From contig NC_010632.1 of assembly GCF_000020025.1 (NCBI RefSeq), positions 120,001-152,000 on the forward strand: 32,000 nt of DNA, written 5' to 3'. The notes under the pieces were generated by a model. That model was not told the DNA's origin and ran no database searches. It saw only the letters and a program-made list of their open reading frames with translations. The stretch's first letter is position 1; every line of letters begins with the position of its first letter. The translations under genes and the position numbers were made by a program. Positions 17,127 to 26,718 of this stretch are shown here, one piece after another. This stretch comes from Nostoc punctiforme PCC 73102 (GTDB lineage Bacteria > Cyanobacteriota > Cyanobacteriia > Cyanobacteriales > Nostocaceae).

Positions 17127-18359
17127 ATGGAAGCTCATCTGGTTAAGGTAATAGCAACAGTGACAAGAAAAACTTTTCAAACCATTCCTCGTAATGTCTG
17201 GGTTTTGGGATTTGTCAGCTTGTTAACTGATATTAGTTCCGAGATGATTCATTCAGTGTTGCCGTTATTTCTAGTTTCGGCATTAGGAGCAGATTTACTA
17301 ACAGTTGGCTGGATTGAGGGAATTGCAGAATCAACTGCTTCTGTGTTCAAAGTTTTTTCAGGGGCCTTAAGCGATTATTTAGGACAGCGTAAGAGATTGG
17401 CTGTCGCTGGTTATGGGCTATCTACCTTAGTTAAACCCCTGTTTGCATTGGCAACTAGTCCTGGGTGGGTATTGATGGCTCGTTTTGGCGATCGCGTTGG
17501 CAAGGGAATCCGTGTAGCTCCCCGCGATGCAATAGTAGCAGATGTTACCGATAGCGCTAATCGTGGAGCCGCCTACGGTTTGCGCCAGTCTCTGGACACC
17601 ATCGGCGCATTTACTGGGCCACTAATTGCATTTATGTTGATGTCTTTTTCAGGACAGAACTTTCGTCTAGTTTTCTGGTTAGCGGTGCTTCCCGGTATCT
17701 TAGCAGTAGCTCTTTTAGCAATTGGCGTGCGGGAACCCAGCAATATCAACAGTCAAAGACAGAATAATCCTCTACAGTGGTCTGCTTTGCAAAGTTTAGG
17801 TAAAAGCTACTGGGTGCTAGTTGCAGTTGCGCTACTATTTAATCTTGGTAACTCTAGTGATGCTTTTTTATTGCTGCAAGCACAGCAAGCTGGAATATCT
17901 GCCTCGCTAGTACCACTTACCCTGGTTGTAATGAATGTAGCTTACTCTCTCAGCGCCTATCCAGTAGGATTGCTATCTGACCGCATTGGTAGATTGGGAC
18001 TATTAGTAGGTGGATTTTGTGTGTATGCTTTAGCATATCTAGGTTTTGCCTTTGTTGATGCTCCTTGGCAGGTGTGGGGACTGTTTGGGCTGTATGGACT
18101 GCATCAGGGAATGAGTCAGGGCATATTGTTAGCACTAGTAGCAGATAGAGTTCCGTCCCATCTACGGGGTACTGCTTTTGGGTTAATTAATTTGGCTATT
18201 GGTGTAGCGCTTTTACCAGCTAGCCTGTTGGGAGGTATTTTGTGGCAAACAATCAGTCCAAAAGCAACTTTCATTGCTGGAAGTGTTTTCGCTGCGAGTG
18301 CAATTGTATTACTGCTGGTATTTGAAGGCGGAAGACGGAAATCAGTAGGTAGAGAGTAA
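17127..18359 (+). CDS. MFS transporter
   Basis: 410 aa with about 12 hydrophobic helices. The MFS loop motif GALSDYLGQRKRL lies between TM2 and TM3, and the second half repeats it as GLLSDRIGRLG. Confidence 0.85.
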   Translation: MEAHLVKVIATVTRKTFQTIPRNVWVLGFVSLLTDISSEMIHSVLPLFLVSALGADLLTVGWIEGIAESTASVFKVFSGALSDYLGQRKRLAVAGYGLSTLVKPLFALATSPGWVLMARFGDRVGKGIRVAPRDAIVADVTDSANRGAAYGLRQSLDTIGAFTGPLIAFMLMSFSGQNFRLVFWLAVLPGILAVALLAIGVREPSNINSQRQNNPLQWSALQSLGKSYWVLVAVALLFNLGNSSDAFLLLQAQQAGISASLVPLTLVVMNVAYSLSAYPVGLLSDRIGRLGLLVGGFCVYALAYLGFAFVDAPWQVWGLFGLYGLHQGMSQGILLALVADRVPSHLRGTAFGLINLAIGVALLPASLLGGILWQTISPKATFIAGSVFAASAIVLLLVFEGGRRKSVGRE

Positions 18360-18497
18360 AAATCTTCATTGTCAGCCATATCTTTCCAAGTTCTTGACTT
18401 TTTCTCTCTACGATGAGCCTTCAAGTTCAGATGTTGTTTGTACCAGACTGCGCTCATCTAAACTATGATTACTTACTATTTTTCTTGTGAAAAAGAA

Positions 18498-19241
18498 ATG
18501 AACAAAGTTGCAAAAGTCACAATTTTCTTCTGGATCATGAAGATCATCGCCACGACGCTCGGCGAGACAGCAGGTGACTTCATCTCAATGTCTCTTGGGC
18601 TGGGGTATTACGTAGCTTTTGCTATAACGTTCGCCATTCTGGCCATTCTCCTGTTTTTTCAAATTCAATCCGACAGATATCGTCCAGCCCTTTACTGGAC
18701 GGCCATCATCGCGACAACCACAGCCGGAACCGAAGTTTCAGACCTGATGGATCGATCTTTCGGGCTGGGCTACGCAGTGGGATCGCTTATCCTGGTAGCT
18801 GGTCTGTTGAGCGTTCTTGCTATCTGGTACTACCGGGATCGGGATCTGAGCGTTTATCCGATCGTGAGGAAAGACGCAGAGACCACCTATTGGCTAGCTG
18901 TCGTGTTTTCCAACAGTTTGGGAACCGCCTTTGGTGACTTTCTGACAAGCAACTTGGGACTGAGCTATATCCAGGGCGCATTCGTGACGGCCAGCGTCAT
19001 TGGTGTTGTCATCGCCCTTCACTACGTAACAAAGTTGAGCGATGTTCTCCTATTCTGGCTCGCGTTCATCTTCACGCGACCCTTCGGAGCCACCTTCGGA
19101 GATTTTCTGACCAAACCAGTCAAAAGTGGCGGTCTATCACTGCCAAGGGAATATGCTTCCGCGATCGCCTTTATTCTGCTGGCAGTTGTCCTATTCTTTT
19201 CTGTGCGAAACGAGAAAAAAGTGCGTCACCCAATTGAGTGA
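18498..19241 (+). CDS. Polytopic membrane protein with four internal repeats (COG4705-like, from recollection)
   Basis: The likely start is MNKVAKV at 18498. Four repeats of a G-x-x-x-GDF/SDL-x(3-4)-LGLGY-like motif are present (GETAGDFISMSLGLGY, GTEVSDLMDRSFGLGY, GTAFGDFLTSNLGLSY, GATFGDFLTKP). Its G+C content is clearly higher than that of the neighbouring genes. Confidence 0.7.
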   Translation: MNKVAKVTIFFWIMKIIATTLGETAGDFISMSLGLGYYVAFAITFAILAILLFFQIQSDRYRPALYWTAIIATTTAGTEVSDLMDRSFGLGYAVGSLILVAGLLSVLAIWYYRDRDLSVYPIVRKDAETTYWLAVVFSNSLGTAFGDFLTSNLGLSYIQGAFVTASVIGVVIALHYVTKLSDVLLFWLAFIFTRPFGATFGDFLTKPVKSGGLSLPREYASAIAFILLAVVLFFSVRNEKKVRHPIE

Positions 19242-19300
19242 TGCGTTTAATCAGGCAGATGACTATTTTTTGTTAAATACAAAATAAATAGTATAGAGAG

Positions 19301-19987
19301 ATGAGAATTTTAATAATTGAAGATGACGAACGCATCGCTAAACCCTTAGCCGAAGATTTAAAACACCAGCATCATGTTGTTGATATTGCTTGTGATGGGA
19401 TTGAAGGTTGGGAATATGCCCAAGCAGGGAATTATGATTTAATTTTATTAGATTTAATGTTGCCACGCTTAGATGGAATTACTCTGTGCAAACGGTTACG
19501 TGCTTCTAATTATAACGCTTTTATTCTGATGCTGACAGCACGAGATACAACACCAAATAAAATAATTGGACTTGATGCTGGTGCAGATGATTATTTAGTT
19601 AAACCATTTGATCTAGAAGAATTAGCAGCACGAATTAGAGCTTTATCTCGGAGAAGCCAAGAAACTCGCCAATTAATTTTAATGCACGGTGATTTACAAT
19701 TAGACCCTAGGAATTGTCATGTAACCTATGGCAACAAGCCTTTATCATTAACACATAAAGAATACATGATATTAGAATGTTTTTTGAAAAATCCTACTCA
19801 AGTTTTAACTCGCTCTGCAATTTTAGATAAATTGTGGGAGTTTGATAAATTATCTGGGGAAGAAACCGTTAAAACTCATATAACAAATTTAAGAAAGAAA
19901 CTCAGAGCGGTAGGAAGTTCAGAAGATTTTATTGAAACCGTCTACGGTATTGGTTATCGTCTTTGTCCTAAAGAAGGGCAAATCTAA
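19301..19987 (+). CDS. OmpR/PhoB-family response regulator (receiver plus winged-helix domain)
   Basis: MRILIIEDD...DLILLDLMLPRLDG...LMLTARD...DDYLVKPF, followed by a C-terminal ...TLRKKL...IETVYGIGYRL winged helix. Confidence 0.9.
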   Translation: MRILIIEDDERIAKPLAEDLKHQHHVVDIACDGIEGWEYAQAGNYDLILLDLMLPRLDGITLCKRLRASNYNAFILMLTARDTTPNKIIGLDAGADDYLVKPFDLEELAARIRALSRRSQETRQLILMHGDLQLDPRNCHVTYGNKPLSLTHKEYMILECFLKNPTQVLTRSAILDKLWEFDKLSGEETVKTHITNLRKKLRAVGSSEDFIETVYGIGYRLCPKEGQI

Positions 19988-19990
19988 CTG

Positions 19991-21235
19991 ATGTTTGAAA
20001 AAATTCGCCGTCGTTTACTGTTGTCTTATTTAATTGTATTATCATTAATTTTAGGTGGATTTGCAATTGCCGTTCGGATTGTCTTTATTCATAGCCTCTA
20101 TAAACAACAAACACAAAAACTTGCTGCATTAGCACAAGTTGCTGCTGCTAATGCTGAGTTTGATAACGGTAGAATTAAAATTGAAAATGACTTACCTCAA
20201 GATAAATTATTTGAAAATCATCAAGAGTTAAATTGGTTTGATACTAAAGGTAATCTCATAGAAAAACAGGGACAATATCTTTTAAAATTACCTGTTCATG
20301 TAAAAGAAGGAGAACAAATTAATCCAGTTGGTAAAAATCGTGTCCAGTCTGTCACTTTACCAATTATTAGTAGTGACGATAAACAATTCATTGGATATGT
20401 AAGAGCTAGTCAATCTCTAGAAGAATTAGATGAAACTTTAAATAAATTAGATTTTGGATTAGGTGGTGGAATTATTGTAGCTTTGATTATTAGTGGTGTT
20501 GGTGGAGTTTGGCTAACTCGTCAAGCAATGCAACCAATTGAAGAAAGCTTTGAACGGTTAAAACAGTTTACTGCTGATGCTTCCCATGAACTCCGCAGTC
20601 CTTTAATGGCAATTAAGAGTAATGTAGGGGTAGCACTAAAGTATCCAGAAGGAATGCGAGAAACTGACGTAGAAAAATTTCAGGCTATTTCTAGTGCTAC
20701 TAACCAAATGACTCGGCTTACAGAAGACTTACTATTTTTAGCTCGTCATGATAATATTCCTAAGCAGAGTAAAGAAACTGTTAATCTTAGTTCAATTTTA
20801 AATAATTTAGTGCAACTACATCAGCCGCAAGCGCTCGCTAAACAAATTCATCTGAAAAGTCAATTGACTGAAAAGATTGATCTGTTATGTGATCCAAATC
20901 AGATAACACGGTTATTTACTAATTTAATTCAAAATGCTATATATTACACACCGTCAGAAGGAATAGTAGAAATCATAGCTAATCGTTCTGTTTCCGATAT
21001 AGTAGTTAATGTCCAAGATACAGGTGTAGGAATTGCACCAAAAGATTTAGAAAATATTTTTGAGCGTTTTTGGCGAGCAGATAAATCACGTTCTTATAAT
21101 TCTGGTGGTTCTGGTTTGGGATTGGCTATTGCCCAAGCTATTGCTCAGAATCACGGTGGACTAATTACTGTCACAAGTCAATTGGGAATTGGTAGTTGTT
21201 TTACAGTGCGTTTCCCAGCAGGCTCACTTAATTAA
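19991..21235 (+). CDS. Sensor histidine kinase (2 TM, HisKA, HATPase_c)
   Basis: H-box FTADASHELRSPL, N-box LFTNLIQNAIYYTP, G1 DTGVGIAP and G2 GGSGLGLAIA. The gene starts 4 nt after the regulator gene. Confidence 0.9.
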   Translation: MFEKIRRRLLLSYLIVLSLILGGFAIAVRIVFIHSLYKQQTQKLAALAQVAAANAEFDNGRIKIENDLPQDKLFENHQELNWFDTKGNLIEKQGQYLLKLPVHVKEGEQINPVGKNRVQSVTLPIISSDDKQFIGYVRASQSLEELDETLNKLDFGLGGGIIVALIISGVGGVWLTRQAMQPIEESFERLKQFTADASHELRSPLMAIKSNVGVALKYPEGMRETDVEKFQAISSATNQMTRLTEDLLFLARHDNIPKQSKETVNLSSILNNLVQLHQPQALAKQIHLKSQLTEKIDLLCDPNQITRLFTNLIQNAIYYTPSEGIVEIIANRSVSDIVVNVQDTGVGIAPKDLENIFERFWRADKSRSYNSGGSGLGLAIAQAIAQNHGGLITVTSQLGIGSCFTVRFPAGSLN

Positions 21236-21675
21236 TGTTTATAAAAATGCCTTATCAAATACCATAATCCAGCTAGATTAACTAGAAAGACTAAAAGTTT
21301 TAAAATTGTTACTCCTTTAATTAACTCATATATTTCGGGAGGCATACTAATACTAACTAATCCAATAACTAATATCTTTGTCCAGGTTGTTTCATACCAT
21401 AAACCTACAGATTCAATTGCAGTTACTAAGGCATAAAGTCCTATAGCTATACCACTAAACTTTAACGTCGAATGTTTGACATTGATAACTTCTTCTAATG
21501 ACCATTCAATAATCTCCAGTTTTCCTTCTAAAACATACGATTGAGAGAGCGTTACGAGAGCTGCGTGATTTCTCAAAGCTAAAAGTAAAACGAGGGATGT
21601 TGTAGCCAGTAGTAAAGCAACAAAGCCCTTATAGATTACGATTGCTACTAAACCAGTAGGACGCTTCTTTTTCAT
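21232..21675 (-). CDS. DUF2127-like membrane protein
   Basis: 147 aa with 4 TM helices. RPTGLVAIVIYKG...ESVGLWYETTWTK...PPEIYELIKG matches the remembered DUF2127 pattern. Its stop overlaps the kinase gene stop tail-to-tail. Confidence 0.6.
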   Translation of the reverse strand: MKKKRPTGLVAIVIYKGFVALLLATTSLVLLLALRNHAALVTLSQSYVLEGKLEIIEWSLEEVINVKHSTLKFSGIAIGLYALVTAIESVGLWYETTWTKILVIGLVSISMPPEIYELIKGVTILKLLVFLVNLAGLWYLIRHFYKH

Positions 21676-23326
21676 TTAAATATTATTTGTGTTCCCCCTC
21701 CTGGCGCTGCATCTGCCGATACTCCAATACCTGTTGGGTGAACACGACAGACATCTTTAGTATTGAGGCGATAGTACCTAATGCGCTTGATTTTATAAAG
21801 TAAGTAGAACAGGTGGGAAAAACCAAACTATGTTAATAAAAGTAAAGTGGGCTAAAACCCTCTTTCTCCCTGCCTTCTGCTTCCTGCCTCTTGCCTAAAC
21901 CTGATGATAAATATTCACACCGACTTACTTATCCCTCTTCTGTCACTTTCCGGAATAAGCAAGTAGTAAAGAAGCTAAATCATCCAGAAGCATAACAGGG
22001 TTTAAATTGATTCATGGCTGCAATTAAATGATTGAATCCCAGTAATAACTGTGAATTAGGGAAAATATCGAGCCAAGGATAAATCAACCAAAATAGTAAG
22101 AGTGGTTGGACGATTAGACGCAGATTATTTAAAACATTCTTCCATCCAGATTCATGATTCCATTGTTGATGATTAGAAAAGTCAATATGACTAGTTCTTT
22201 GCCCCTCAGCCTCAATTTGGCGAGATTGATTTAAGGCTAACAAGGCTGGAGAATTCAAACTAATCATCGTGTAAACGCAAAAAATAATCTCCCACCACCT
22301 CTCAATATGTTGAAAATTTGTGAAACGATAATCTGTCCAGCCTAGTTCTTGTTTACACTGTCGAAAACCATATTCAACCCAGGTTCTTAATCCATATAAG
22401 TCGCCTAAAGTCTTTTTCAAATTCCCTTGAAGATTCGTCATCACGAAGGAGGTAGAATTTTCTGGCATGGTTTCTGGGTCAGTAGTTATTTCCCAGTAAG
22501 TTATGGTTCTTTTTTTACCATAAATTATTTCTCTAATGTATCTAGTCTCTGATTTTTGATTACTAAATGTTCTCTCAAATTTACACCAATTGTTTGCTCT
22601 AACACTTTGCCCTGCTGGCAACCAGACTCCATGATTACTTCTAATTGCTACCACATAGGCTAAGTTATATTCATCCAGTTTTCTAATAAATTGGCTACTT
22701 TCACCATATAAACTATCTGCCAGTACCAGTTCAATCTGAAAGCCCTCTTCCATTAACTCTGTAATCATTTCTGACGCTAACTCTATTTTAGTTTTATATT
22801 TATCTCCCTCTTTCAGCGTCCCTTTTGGTTTAAACACTTTTACCATTAATGGAAAGGTTATATTAGAGTAAACTCCATAAGCATTGACTGAAACTATTCC
22901 ATTATCAATTTTTCCCACACTTCCTAAGTATTGTCTCGCCACATAGTCAGTCTTTTTACCTTTTTTTCTATCTCCAGTTTCATCTATTACTACTGTAATC
23001 GCCTGACCATTCAATACTTGCTTAAGTTTATTTAATCTTCGTTGTTTTAATTCATCTACTGACCAATCTGAATTTGCCAGGAAATGATGTAATGATTGGG
23101 CTGAGTTTATACTTACTACCTTCGCTATCTCTGGTAATGATTTCCTTTTTATTGTTGATATGATTCCTAAGTGTAAATATTTGAAACACTCATAATTTCT
23201 TACTTCCTTAAATAGGTCTTTATAATCTGCACAATATTCATCTATAGCAATCCTAAATGAGTTGTGAAAAATTACACATAACGATAAGCTGGATCTAATT
23301 AATATAGAAAATATACAACTCCCTAT

Positions 23327-23776
23327 ATGAAAGAATTGATAGATTTTATCCAAGGGAACCCAGATAAAAGAGAACTGAAACGAGCACTGGCTGTACAAAT
23401 GGTGATGGAAAGTTACACTCATTCTCAAATTACAGAAATTTTGCACGTATCTTTAGGTTTTGTCAATAAGTGGAAATATATTTTTGTGGAACAGGGGGTT
23501 GCAGGGTTAAAACTTAAATATCAAGGTTCGAGGGGTTATCTTGATAGCAAACAAAAACAAACAGTGATTGAATGGCTTAAACAAAAAGATTACTGGCATT
23601 TAAATGAACTAAAAAAGTACATAGAATCAAGTTTTAATATAGCATTTGAGTCAAACCAAAGCTATTATGACCTATTTAAAGAAGCATCTATAAGTTGGAA
23701 AAAAACACAAAAAAAGAACCCACGCAAAGACGAGGAGTTAGTAGCAAAAAAAACTAGAAATTACAGCATGGCTTAA
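23327..23776 (+). CDS. IS630-family transposase orfA (HTH, DNA-binding part)
   Basis: 149 aa with helix-turn-helix-like segments (SQITEILHVSLGFVNKW). It ends just after an A8 tract. Confidence 0.8.
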   Translation: MKELIDFIQGNPDKRELKRALAVQMVMESYTHSQITEILHVSLGFVNKWKYIFVEQGVAGLKLKYQGSRGYLDSKQKQTVIEWLKQKDYWHLNELKKYIESSFNIAFESNQSYYDLFKEASISWKKTQKKNPRKDEELVAKKTRNYSMA

Positions 23777-24335
23777 TGCACATAAAAGTGAGATTGTGTC
23801 TGGAGAAATGGTTGTATTTTTTGAGGATGAGTGTCATTTGTTGTGGGGAGACATTTGTGGTTATATTTGGGGTAATACTCAAGAAAGAATTGAAGTTCCA
23901 GTTCTTAACGAAAGACAAAGACAGACATACTTTGGCGCACTGAATTATTACACACAAGAATTTTTAATTAAGCCGTTCAAAAAAGGTGATTCTAAATCGG
24001 CAATTGCATTCGTAGAATACTTACTTACTCAATATCCGAAAAGCCGTATAGCTTTGATTTGGGATGGTGCTAGTTATCACCGTTCAGTTGAATTTCAAGA
24101 TTATTTAAAATCTGTAAATCAGGGGCTAAACGAGAACGAATGGAAAGTTACTTGTATTCGCTTCGCTCCTAATGACCCGACACAAAACCCAGTGGAAGAT
24201 ATTTGGTTGTCTGCTAAAAAGTTTATTAGAGAATTTTATCATCTATGTAAATCTTTTACTATTGTCAAGCGTTTATTTGAACTCGCTGTTCACCATGAAA
24301 TATTTAATTTCCCAAAAATATTTATGTATGATTGA
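23745..24335 (+). CDS. IS630-family transposase orfB (DDE catalytic part); frame open from 23745
   Basis: VVFFEDECHL...TYFGALNY...IALIWDGASYHRS...FAPNDPTQNPVEDIWLSAKK is the DDE region. Its frame is offset by one nucleotide from orfA across the A8 tract at 23746-23753. Confidence 0.8.
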   Translation, partial: QKKLEITAWLNAHKSEIVSGEMVVFFEDECHLLWGDICGYIWGNTQERIEVPVLNERQRQTYFGALNYYTQEFLIKPFKKGDSKSAIAFVEYLLTQYPKSRIALIWDGASYHRSVEFQDYLKSVNQGLNENEWKVTCIRFAPNDPTQNPVEDIWLSAKKFIREFYHLCKSFTIVKRLFELAVHHEIFNFPKIFMYD

Positions 24336-24509
24336 TTTTCACAAATGATTTAGGATTGCTATATGATGGCAACTGTTGGGTGGGCATCTCTTGCCAAATG
24401 TTTCAGTATTTGTAACTCTACATCCATTGCCCCACTTACCTTTCAAGGTTTTCTTTTTTTATTCTTTTATTCAGAATACCCGGAAAGTGACAGAAGAGGG
24501 TTATAGGGT

Positions 24510-25061
24510 CTAGAAAGACTGCAACTTAATTTGAATGTCTGTTTCTAAGCCAACGACAAAGACTGCCGAATCTCCAAACTTGGGTGGGCCTGCCACAATT
24601 TGAGGATTTTGAGAAAAGCCAAATTCTTCAGTCGGAATGCCAAACACGCTTCGTTTGAGCTTGCCGTCTCCATTGACATCGTGAAAAGCGGCCACCGCAT
24701 AGCTTCCTGGCTGCAAATTTTCAAATGCGACAACTAAAGAAATGCTGGTGACTTTGACACAGCGAGCTTGCACAGCATCAGTTTCTCTATCTGGAAACCC
24801 TCGTCCATTGGCAAACAAACTTAGACATACTTGTCCTCGCTGGCTCTTCAATCCCTGAACCGTAATTACTAAGTTACTTTTAGGTAGTGCTTCAGCCTTT
24901 GAGGAAGACATGAGTTCTCTACTGAGGTTAATGGACATTACCCCTGCTGGTAGTAAGCTGCGGGTTGGTGCTGCAAAGCTAGGCAGGCTACCTGAAACCA
25001 TCACAGCAATTGGTAATAATGTGCCAACTGCTGCTTGAATTCTGTTACACAATGCTTGCAT
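24510..25061 (-). CDS. DUF2141-like secreted protein
   Basis: A signal-like N-terminus is followed by GQVCLSLFANGRGFP...YAVAAFHDVNGDGKLKRSVFGIPTEEFGFSQNP..GPPKFGDSAV, which matches the remembered DUF2141 pattern. Confidence 0.65.
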   Translation of the reverse strand: MQALCNRIQAAVGTLLPIAVMVSGSLPSFAAPTRSLLPAGVMSINLSRELMSSSKAEALPKSNLVITVQGLKSQRGQVCLSLFANGRGFPDRETDAVQARCVKVTSISLVVAFENLQPGSYAVAAFHDVNGDGKLKRSVFGIPTEEFGFSQNPQIVAGPPKFGDSAVFVVGLETDIQIKLQSF

Positions 25062-25569
25062 GAATTTATTTACCTTCAGATGAAAATGGACAAACTTGCC
25101 CTGTTTAATTTCTCAGTTCGCCAACTGTCACGGTCAAGCTACTGTTTGAATTATTTTCAAACGAGTGCATTAGTTGCTAATGTAGTCAAGAATGCCGTGC
25201 GACAATATTCCCAAGACGCACGAAAAAACATGACTGGGGTCATACCCACGGCAGGAGCAGATACGGTACAGTTATGAGGGCAAACAACTAGGGTGTTGTT
25301 TCAGTGCCCGGAGATATCATTGCTCTGTTATGCTGCCTCGCCTCAAAATAGAGTTTTATCGTTTTCCTTATGGTATGAGCAATGCATCTTCAGCAGATAC
25401 AACTGTTGCTGTGCTTCAATTTGCGCGTATAGACTAGTTTACTGAGGGGTTTCTGTTTGGCTTAAGCCTAAAAGCCATGTGAAGTTTTTTAGCTGATCTC
25501 TCTGCTAAAGTCGCACAAGCAAAACGGTAGAATCCAAAATAGCAAGTATTTTAACCCATAGAAATTTCA

Positions 25570-26718
25570 GTGATGATATTCCTTCGCTCTCTTCCCCGGA
25601 CTTTTCGATATCTGGAGTGGATTTTCATCACCGTTCATTTTGGAGTGTGGCTGAGTAGACCAGAGGATAGCCTGCCTACCCTGCTTGGATTTTATGGGAT
25701 TTTGTTCGTCCTGGGTTGGTTGTTCCCGTGTGAACGCCCCTACTGGCAACGCTTTAGCTATATCGTTCTAGGACTCACGATAACGGTGTGGGCTAGACGT
25801 GTTGGAATTGACCTCGGTCTATTTTTGTTTTTCTATATTTCCAAGAGCTACTTTCTATTGAATCGTCGCATGACGATTATCATCACTGCTTTCACCGCAA
25901 TGCCTTGGGTAATCAGCGAATATTTTGCGGAGGTCGAGCGAGCAAAATCCTCTCTTGAGATCGCTTCTGTGTCTGGAGTAAACTCTGACAATTCCCTAAA
26001 TATTATGATCAGCACTTTAGCGGTTTATACCGCTGCCAGTTTCTTTGTGATCATGTTTAACTCGATGCTAATTGCAGAGCAGAAAAGCCGCCAACGGGTA
26101 GAGGAACTATCGGAGCAGGTTGAAACACTGGCTGCAACACTGGAACGAACCAGGATTGCTCGCGAGATTCATGACTCGCTGGGGCATACCCTAACTGACC
26201 TCGATATTCAACTTGCAGTCGCCCAACAGTTGCGGTTCCGTAATCTCGAACAGGCATTTCAGGCAGTTGATACTGCAAAAATACTTGCTGGGCAGTGTAT
26301 TGAGGATGTAAGCCAAGCCTTAGCTCGGATGCGTCAGTCCGACTTTGATCTCAATCAAGCCTTAACTGCGCTGATGGAACAGGTGCGTCACAACTCGGCT
26401 CTACAAGTTGAATGGCAGGTCAATCTCCCTAAGCTTTCCGTTCACAAAAGCTATCAAATCTACTGCATTGTTAAAGAAGGCATGGTTAACGTGCAAAAGC
26501 ACGCTCACGCTTCTCAAGTTAATTTTTGTGGACGGTTAACGTCGGAGGGGATCGTCCTCAATATCAAGGATAACGGCGTTGGTTTTGACCCGGAAAAGTT
26601 ACATATAGGATTTGGCATCCAAGGCATGGTAGAGCGAGTACAACTTCTAGGTGGTAAGCTTGAACTCAAAACCGCCCTCGCGCAGGGAACACAAATTCAA
26701 GTCAGACTTCCCCTATGA
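25570..26718 (+). CDS. Sensor histidine kinase, NarL-partner type (multi-TM N-terminus, HisKA_3, HATPase_c)
   Basis: H-box RIAREIHDSLGHTLT, VKEGMVNVQKHA, DNGVGF and GFGIQGMVERV. Its stop overlaps the start of the regulator gene (ATGA). Confidence 0.85.
   Translation: MMIFLRSLPRTFRYLEWIFITVHFGVWLSRPEDSLPTLLGFYGILFVLGWLFPCERPYWQRFSYIVLGLTITVWARRVGIDLGLFLFFYISKSYFLLNRRMTIIITAFTAMPWVISEYFAEVERAKSSLEIASVSGVNSDNSLNIMISTLAVYTAASFFVIMFNSMLIAEQKSRQRVEELSEQVETLAATLERTRIAREIHDSLGHTLTDLDIQLAVAQQLRFRNLEQAFQAVDTAKILAGQCIEDVSQALARMRQSDFDLNQALTALMEQVRHNSALQVEWQVNLPKLSVHKSYQIYCIVKEGMVNVQKHAHASQVNFCGRLTSEGIVLNIKDNGVGFDPEKLHIGFGIQGMVERVQLLGGKLELKTALAQGTQIQVRLPL

Larger units (their letters stand above)
23245..24361 (+). 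mobile_element. IS630-family insertion sequence (1117 bp)
   Basis: The inverted repeats are TAGCAATCCTAAATGAGTTGTGAAAA (23245 onward) and, reverse-complemented at the 24361 end, TAGCAATCCTAAATCATTTGTGAAAA. The flanking TA duplication (23243-23244 and 24362-24363) is typical of IS630/Tc1. Confidence 0.85.
21980..24427 (-). pseudogene. IS701-family transposase interrupted after codon 21-22 by the IS630-family element
   Basis: The body (21980-23244) reads ...SLPEIAKVV..ITVVIDETGDRKKGKKTDYVARQYLGSVGKIDNGIV..LADSLYGES... The N-terminal 22 codons MDVELQILKHLARDAHPTVAII lie at 24364-24427. Deleting 23245-24363 (1119 nt, a multiple of 3) joins them in frame as a 442-aa ORF. Confidence 0.8.
21933..24500 (-). 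mobile_element. IS701-like insertion sequence carrying a nested IS630-family element
   Basis: Perfect 21-bp terminal inverted repeats CCCTCTTCTGTCACTTTCCGG occur at 21933-21953 and, reverse-complemented, at 24480-24500. They are flanked by the 4-bp direct repeat TTAT (21929-21932 and 24501-24504). The length without the nested element is about 1.45 kb. Confidence 0.8.

Noticed and set aside
17950-18457. The - strand ORFs 17950-18135 and 18116-18457
   Set aside because: They are antisense to the 3' end of the MFS transporter gene and the short spacer after it, so they are shadow ORFs.
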